NCBI GenBank assembly: GCA_964016885.1
Contig: OZ024742.1
Span: forward strand, 286,068,001-286,132,000
Length of the DNA: 64,000 nucleotides
Source: Eledone cirrhosa
Taxonomy: Eukaryota
Direction of reading: 5' to 3'
The notes under the pieces were generated by a model, which was not told the origin of the DNA, made no database searches, and worked only from the letters and a program-made list of their open reading frames with translations. The position numbers and the translations under genes are program-made. Position 1 is the first letter of the stretch. Each line of letters opens with the position of its first letter. Below, piece after piece: positions 55,209 to 64,000 of this stretch.

Positions 55209-56936
55209 TATAATTAATTAAGTAATTTAGTTAATATATGAAACCTGTCGATAAATCATTAGATTCCTTCACCTTTTTCTTTTTAAATTTTCTTCATAAA
55301 TATAAACATAGATATAATAAACTACTCTAAAATGTCTATACTTCCAATGTCTTAAATAAAATATACGTAAGATAAATTTCTATACTAAATATAAGGATAT
55401 CTGTAGAATCCTTGACTTTTTTAAATTTTTTAAATTTTTAAATTTTTAAATTTTTAAAACTTTTTAAATTTTTAAATTTTTAAATTATATTGATATAATA
55501 TTTATTTAACTTTTATTTTTATTTTTATTTTTATTTTTATTAGGTTTGTTTTGATTCTGATAGCTTCTCATAATTTTCATAAGTCTACCCTTTCAATATC
55601 TTGATTGAAATATACGTAGGATAAATTTTTATACTAAATATATGAAACATATTATTTTAACTTAAGATACTCTATAGTGTTTTAAAGATATTTAGTGTTT
55701 TGATATTTCTAGAATTCGTTTGTCCTTTAGACTATACTGATATAATTGTATTTCCAAAATATAATCCTTTGGTATTTTAAATTTATATTGTTATAATTAT
55801 ATTTCCAAAGTATAATCCTTTAGTAATATATTGATATTTGATTATCTCTATACAAATGTGTATGTGTGTATTAACATGCATATAAAAGTGTTATATGTTG
55901 TTTTTTTTATGATTGTATATCTGTCTGTATGTGTACACGAGTGATGCGGGTCTAACAATTGGTGAAGACGCACGCAAATATTTATTTATACATATGTGTA
56001 TGTGTATATATATATATATGTATATGTATGTGTGTGGGTGAGAGTTATGTGTGTGCATGCCTACCCACACAGTTTTGATTGCAGATATGCATAATTTTAA
56101 CAGAATGTTAAATGCATGAATGGTATTCGTATATATGAAGGCATGAATGTTAATCGTATATATTTATGTATATATACTGTGAATTTTTTATAACACAAGG
56201 AATGTATAGAAGTGATTAAGAGAAATCATTTGTGTTTTGTATGTCTATATTGTAGGCTTGAGTAGATATAATTTCTATTTTCAGGATGTGCGTATATATA
56301 TATATATATATATATTTGTGTATCTTTGCCGTAAGATAGTGGTTTCTCTAGCAATGTGTACATTTTGGATGCTTAAATTCAAATTTTAGTATATTGATCT
56401 CAATTGTTAAACTAAACATATAATCATTATTAAACAATGTTTAATTTCTCATATTATATATTTATGTCCCATTCATGAATATTAATATTTATATTTTTAT
56501 TATTCATTTCATATGAATTGTTAACTCAACTTAATATGACATGACGTAAAGTTTTCATTATCTCCCCTCTCTCCATATATTTTTTGTCTCTCTTGAGTAT
56601 TTCTATCTGTCTGTTGATTTGATATCTCTCTGTTGCTTTCCTCTGGTTTTCTTGTTCCTTTCTTTTTTCTTTTTTTCTTTCTTTCCTCCTGTCTTTATTT
56701 ATCTCTTTCTTTTTTCTCCATGCATTTCTCTCTCTCCGATATTTCTCCACGTTTTTTTCTTTTTCTCTTTTCTCTCTCTCCGTCTTTTTTCTTTCTCTCC
56801 GTCTTTTTCTAATTGTCCTTAACACTAAGACTTATTAAAATAATATAAACAATTCACTATCCAGATGGCTTCCAAAAATAATGGTCGCACTTTAAAAGGG
56901 TACGTCAAAGCTTATTTGTAAAACTGTTATATATTG

Positions 56937-57001
56937 TATTTTGTCTGATGAAGGCATACCATAATTTAATTTGGTATCCCTGAAATATGTATAATGAAAT
57001 A
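56937..57001 (+). ncRNA. Type I hammerhead ribozyme in the Hydra pLTR
   Basis: TATTTTGT-CTGATGA-AGG.ATACCA..TGGTAT.CCT-GAAA-TATGTA-TA-ATGAAATA. Confidence 0.75.
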
Positions 57002-57129
57002 AATATGGTTTTATAAATATAGTTTCCATTTATTAATATCGTATATCTACTCCAAATACTTGTCGAGTGCTTTATATTAGTTATAAAAATATTTACTTGT
57101 TGTCTCCCAACAATTTTAAATAGAACTTT

Positions 57130-57261
<132 letters not shown>

Positions 57262-57489
57262 TATATTGGTAAACGGAATAGAAAATGCTGACAAATTGTT
57301 CACAGTTGAAAAATGGTTTAATTAGGAATAAAAGAGTATTAGTAATTGTATGGGTTAGTATTCAGTTGTGGTTTTAAGTTTTTAAGTTTTTACCGGTTGC
57401 GCATTTCTAAATGCTTTTCAAAAATAATTTTGAGATAGAGTGTCCGTGTTGTTTGCTCTGATCTGATTAGTTTTGGGAATTCTACCTGT

Positions 57490-57733
57490 TTTTATGTTAA
57501 CAAAGTGGCTCCAGCGCTACTTTGGTGTTGCAAAAATTCTTGTGGTCAAAACAATTTTGATTGGTCGGTAGAGGTCATGTGAATGTAAAAAATTGATTTT
57601 GCGCCAAGACTGTTTTTATGTTAAAAAGTGGCTCCAGCGCTACTTGGTGTTTGCAAAAATTCTTGTGGTCAAAATAATTTTGATTGGTCGGTAGAGGTCA
57701 TGTGAATAAAAAATTGATTTTGCGCCAAGACTG
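57490..57733. repeat. Tandem duplication of ~123 bp in the PLE 3' UTR
   Basis: TGTTTTTATGTTAA..AAGTGGCTCCAGCGC...GCGCCAAGACTG occurs twice. Confidence 0.85.
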
Positions 57734-57851
57734 AGAAATAACTCTTTCACAACAAATATGTGTGTGTGTATGTGTGTGTGAGTAATAGTAGTAAGGTGTT
57801 CGATGTTGTGATAATGGTTAGCAGGGATGTGTGTCAAATGGTTATTAAGAT

Positions 57852-57945
<94 letters not shown>

Positions 57946-58296
57946 ATATAGCAGAGTAATTCGTGGTAGCAGGGATGGTCAGTAGAAATGTGTCTGTAAG
58001 CAGTGGGGGGTATTTTAGCATGTCAAAAGATATTTTTCAGCTTTTGTCTTATACGGAGAAGTGTGTGTGTGTGTGTGTATAAGTCTCTTTGTATGTTAAT
58101 GTACGCGTGTGTGTGTGTGTGTGTATATATATATGTGTGTGTGTGTGTGTGAGAATGTGTGTGTGTGTGTGTGTGTGGGTGGACCAGTATTTTTTTCCCC
58201 CTGGTAAAATGGTGTACATTATTCGATTTTTTCAGTAAAATCGGTTCTCTTAATAGAACATCAAAAATCTTAACAATAAAAGGTGTGAAATGATAT

Positions 58297-58336
<40 letters not shown>

Positions 58337-58509
58337 TTCACTACATACATATACACATACATATACATACATATATATATATACACATATATTTTTTTGT
58401 GTTGCACCATAGAGCATGTGTGTTTACGTATGTCATTGCGTTTATATGTGGGTAGAGATGTGTGCTGATGTAGGTATGTATGTTGACGTGTGTATGTTGT
58501 GGGTTCGTC

Positions 58510-59673
<1,164 letters not shown>

Positions 59674-59694
59674 GTATGTATATGTACATACATG

Positions 59695-59845
59695 CGGAAA
59701 ACTAGCAGAGTCGTTAGAACGTTGGATAGAATGCTTTGTAGTATTCGTTCCAGCTCTCTGCTCTCTGAGTTCTAATCCTGCCGAGGTCAACTTTACCTTT
59801 CATCCATTCGAGTTCGATAAAAAACGTACCAGTCTAATACTGGGC
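59695..59845 (+). mobile_element. SINE (main family, partial)
   Basis: GAGTTCTAATCCTGCCGAGGTCAACTTTACCTTTCATCC. Confidence 0.65.
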
Positions 59846-60577
59846 AGATCCTTCCTCGATATCTCTTTCTCACTTCCATTCCCTCACACACTCTCTCTCC
59901 TTCTCTGGAACAGATCTGCTGTATGCAGACCTCGAGAGGAGATGGATTCCACCATGTTTAAAAAATGCCCTAGAAATGCCGTATGTAAATATGGCAGCTC
60001 TACGACTCCTTCTGGAGTTACAGGACCATACATACATGCATACATACACACGCACTCAAACACACACATGTATATATGATGATGATGTTGATGATTTTGT
60101 TTGGGATGTTCTACTGATGATAATTATGCTGTTGTTGTTGTTGCACTAACTACTACTGGTCAAATCATTAAGGTTGTTGCAGCCATTATTTGTTCTATTT
60201 GTTGTTATTGTTGTTGTTTATGCGCTTGATATTATTTTTGTTTTAGCCTTAGTTCAGCTTTACTTTAGCCGTCTTATGTTCTAAAGGTCATTACTATTTA
60301 ATCAGACCAGTGTGTTGTTTTTGTAAGACGCATCGGTGTGATTAGAGGGAAATATTGTTTACTATTTCTAGCCGGTGGAAAAACCACGTAGGGAGGCTCT
60401 CGCAGTAACACCCTCACCCCACCGTCTGATGGTTAGCAACATTATTTTTGACTGTGTTGTTTGTTAGAACCCTGCCTGGCTAATAAAAAAATCATTATTA
60501 TTCTTCGGCATAAAGTTACGGCCCTTTACATTTTGATTTCAAAACCAGCCAGGTTAGCTTTGCCTTTCATATGTACA

Positions 60578-61453
60578 TCTATATATATAAAACTGTGGTT
60601 GTCTGTCTGTCTATCGATTTTTGGCACACATCTCCTCTTAGAATCTCTCACGGAATTGCACCGAAATTGCTATACTTGTACATTGAGCCCTAGCGAAGAC
60701 ATCGGAAAAAAAAATTTCAAATTGACCCACCCTATGTGACGAAATCGAATATAATGTATCGATTTTTGAGCGTAAGTGATCAGTTATTTCCCTTTGTTCT
60801 GTTTACATTGAGCGTCTTACGTAAAAAATTACGCTGGCTTTAACAGTTGTCGAGCCAGCAAAATATTGACCTGCAAAATTCATCAGTTCGAACACTAAGC
60901 TTCCGTTTTGCTTCATTTCCATTTAAAAGCATTTTAAAACAATATTTTTACTTGAAAACAAGTCTATTTAAAGACTACGTAAAACAAGCAAATATTTCGT
61001 CGTTAGGCGTGCAGACAGACAGTCGTGCAGACAGACAGTCGTGCAGAGAGGTGATATAGGCGTGCAGACAGACAGTCGTGCAGAGAGGTGATATAGGCGT
61101 GCAGACAGACAGTCGTGCAGAGAGGTGATATAGGCGTGCAGACAGACATAACTGATAATTTGGTTACGCTAATGTTTTTCTCTGCGTTGCAGTGTTTACA
61201 TTTTCGATCTTTGTTAATAAATAACCAGTGCAGTTTTTATCCCCAGCATCCTCTTTTGTTATAACATTCGGGTTATCGTTATGTTTTCTTAACTTCATAA
61301 GGCATATTGTTGGTTGAGGGAATATTAATCAAAAACACCACATGCAAGTCTGCACAGTAGACACTACAGTTTTTAAGCCAAAAAAGAAACTTAACATTGT
61401 AACTTTAACACAGCTACTGAGCGACCCCGAGCAACGCCGGGCTTTACTGCTAG
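60578..61453 (+). mobile_element. Non-autonomous Helitron inserted into a SINE
   Basis: 5' TCTATATATATAAA, (GTCT)n, subterminal hairpin CCCGAGCAACGCCGGG, 3' CTAG; lies between A and T with no TSD; SINE continues on both sides. Confidence 0.8.
61005..61147. repeat. ~37-bp tandem repeat inside the Helitron
   Basis: AGGCGTGCAGACAGACAGTCGTGCAGAGAGGTGATAT, about 3.5 copies. Confidence 0.85.
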
Positions 61454-61554
61454 TGGTCGATAAAATGAAATACCAGTAACCAACTGTTATCGATTTAATC
61501 AACTTTGTCCCTCTCCAAAAAGTGTTGGCCTTGTGCCTAAATCAGAAACCATTA

Positions 61555-61870
61555 TTTTTCTTCGGCATATAGTTATGTCCCTTTACGTTCCTAGTTCAAA
61601 TCGCGCCTAGGTTAGCTTTGTCTTTCATCTTTATGGGGTCGATAAATAAAGTACCATTCACGCACCGGGGTCGATTTTATTGACTTCTCCCACAAGTATC
61701 GGTAGAGAGTCGGACTCCATGCTTTGCAGCATAGAGTTACGGCCCTTTCCATTCCGAGTTCAAATCCCGTCGAGGTCAACTTTGCCTTTCATCCTTACAG
61801 CGTCGATAAAATAAAGTACCAGTAATAGACTGGTAATTGCTGGCCTTGTGCCAAAAGTAGAAACAATTAT
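61555..61870 (+). mobile_element. Two SINE copies (main family)
   Basis: B box + Meta-like domain at ~61590 and ~61755. Confidence 0.75.
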
Positions 61871-61915
61871 TATTATTATCCATATAATTATATAATCGTT
61901 ACAATTAACACATAA

Positions 61916-64000
61916 GTTGTTGTTGTTAATGTCTTTAGGTGTTACTAGTGTTGTTGTTGTTAATGTCTTTAGGTGTTACTAGTGTTGTTGTTGTTGTCTT
62001 TAGTTGTTACTAGTGTTGTTGTTGTTGTTGTTAATGTCTTTAGGTGTTACTAGTGTTGTTGTTGTTGTCTTTAGTTGTTACTAGTGTTGTTGTTGTTAAT
62101 GTCTTTAGTTGTTACTAGTGTTGTTGTTGTTGTTGTTAATGTCTTTAGGTGTTACTAGTGTTGTTGTTGTTGTCTTTAGTTGTTACTAGTGTTGTTGTTG
62201 TTAATGTCTTTAGGTGTTACTAGTGTTGTTGTTGTTGTCTTTAGTTGTTACTAGTGTTGTTGTTGTTAATGTCTTTAGGTGTTACTAGTGTTGTTGTTGT
62301 TGTTGTTAATGTCTTTAGTTGTTACTAGTGTTGTTGTTGTTGTTAATGTCTTTAGTTGTTACTAGTGTTGTTGTTGTTGTTGTTAATGTCTTTAGGTGTT
62401 ACTAGTGTTGTTGTTGTTAATGTCTTTAGTTGTTACTAGTGTTGTTGTTGTTGTTGTTAATGTCTTTAGGTGTTACTAGTGTTGTTGTTGTTGTTAATGT
62501 CTTTAGGTGTTACTAGTGTTGTTGTTGTTAATGTCTTTAGTTGTTACTAGTGTTGTTGTTGTTGTTAATGTCTTTAGTTGTTACTACTGTTGTTGTTGTT
62601 GTTAATGTCTTTAGTTGTTACTAGTGTTGTTGTTGTTGTTAATGTCTTTAGTTGTTACTAGCGTTGTTGTTGTTGTTAATGTCTTTAGGTGTTACTAGTG
62701 TTGTTGTTGTTAATGTCTTTAGTTGTTACTAGTGTTGTTGTTGTTGTTGTTAATGTCTTTAGTTGTTACTAGTGTTGTTGTTGTTGTTATTGTTGTTAAT
62801 GTCTTTAGTTGTTACTAGTGTTGTTGTTGTTGTTGTTGTTAATGTCTTTAGTTGTTACTAGTGTTGTTGTTGTTGTTTTTAATGTCTTTAGTTGTTACTA
62901 GTGTTGTTGTTGTTGTTGTTTTTAATGTCTTTAGTTGTTACTAGTGTTGTTGTTGTTGTTGTTAATGTCTTTAGTTGTTACTAGTGTTGTTGTTGTTGTT
63001 GTTTTTAATGTCTTTAGTTGTTACTAGTGTTGTTGTTGTTGTTTTTAATGTCTTTAGTTGTTACTAGTGTTGTTGTTGTTGTTGTTTTTAATGTCTTTAG
63101 TTGTTACTAGTGTTGTTGTTGTTGTTGTTAATGTCTTTAGTTGTTACTAGTGTTGTTGTTGTTGTTAATGTCTTTAGTTGTTACTAGTGTTGTTGTTGTT
63201 GTTGTTGTTAATGTCTTTAGTTGTTACTAGTGTTGTTGTTGTTGTTGTTGTTAATGTCTTTAGTTGTTACTAGTGTTGTTGTTGTTGTTGTTAATGTCTT
63301 TAGTTGTTACTAGTGTTGTTATTGTTGTTGTTGTTGTTAATGTCTTTAGTTGTTACTAGTGTTGTTGTTGTTGTTAATGTCTTTAGTTGTTACTAGTGTT
63401 GTTGTTGTTAATGTCTTTAGTTGTTACTAGTGTTGTTGTTGTTAATGTCTTTAGTTGTTACTAGTGTTGTTGTTAATGTCTTTAGTTGTTATTAGTGTTG
63501 TTGTTGTTAATATCTTTAGTTGTTACTAGTGTTGTTGTTGTTAATGCCTTTAGTTGTTACTAGTGTTGTTGTTGTTGTTGTTAATGTCTTTAGTTGTTAT
63601 TAGTGTTGTTGTTGTTGTTAATGTCTTTAGTTGTTACTAGTGTTGTTGTTAATGTCTTTAGTTGTTACTAGTGTTGTTGTTGTTAATGTCTTTAGTCGTT
63701 ACTAGTGTTGTTGTTGTTAATGTCTTTAGTTGTTATTAGTGTTGTTGTTGTTGTTGTTAATGTCTTTAGTTGTTACTAGTGTTGTTGTTGTTGTTGTTAA
63801 TGTCTTTAGTTGTTATTAGTGTTGTTGTTGTTGTTAATGTCTTTAGTTGTTACTAGTGTTGTTGTTGTTAATGTCTTTAGTTGTTACTAGTGTTGTTGTT
63901 GTTAATGTCTTTAGTTGTTATTAGTGTTGTTGTTGTTGTTAATGTCTTTAGTTGTTACTAGTGTTGTTGTTGTTAATGTCTTTAGTTGTTATTAGTGTTG
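61916..64000. repeat. Minisatellite AATGTCTTTAG(T/G)TGTTACTAGT(GTT)n running off the window end
   Basis: Constant 22-nt core plus a variable number of GTT triplets, dozens of copies. Confidence 0.95.

Overview
AT-rich, microsatellite-dense eukaryotic DNA. The SINE families and (TA)n/(CA)n content suggest an octopus-type cephalopod, but that is inference. No host protein-coding gene is recognisable, and the window is a nest of mobile elements. Penelope-like elements (PLEs): a near full-length Hydra-clade element (7481-12820), two 5'-truncated Hydra elements with inverted 3' arms (40387-42860, 53471-57132), a Neptune-like element (57266-59552, -), and two diverged Nematis-like fragments fused head-to-head (50215-53010). 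Non-LTR LINEs: a near-intact Tx1/L1-group LINE (31349-37205, -) sits back-to-back with an R4/Dong-like restriction-like-endonuclease fragment in one (TAA)n tract. Also present are an internally deleted mariner, hAT and Tc1 MITEs, a non-autonomous Helitron, many tRNA-derived SINEs and a 2-kb minisatellite. The most striking signal is non-coding: about 15 type I hammerhead ribozyme (HHR) motifs. Several lie in short, circularly permuted units of about 466, 478, 549 and 656 nt, and three of these four carry PLE-style inversions, so they look like retrozyme/circRNA parasites of the PLE machinery. A tRNA-cloverleaf-headed element shows the same PLE-type insertion geometry and is fused to the Hydra pLTR. 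Most short ORFs in the track are microsatellite artefacts. Folds, identities and coordinates were read by eye.
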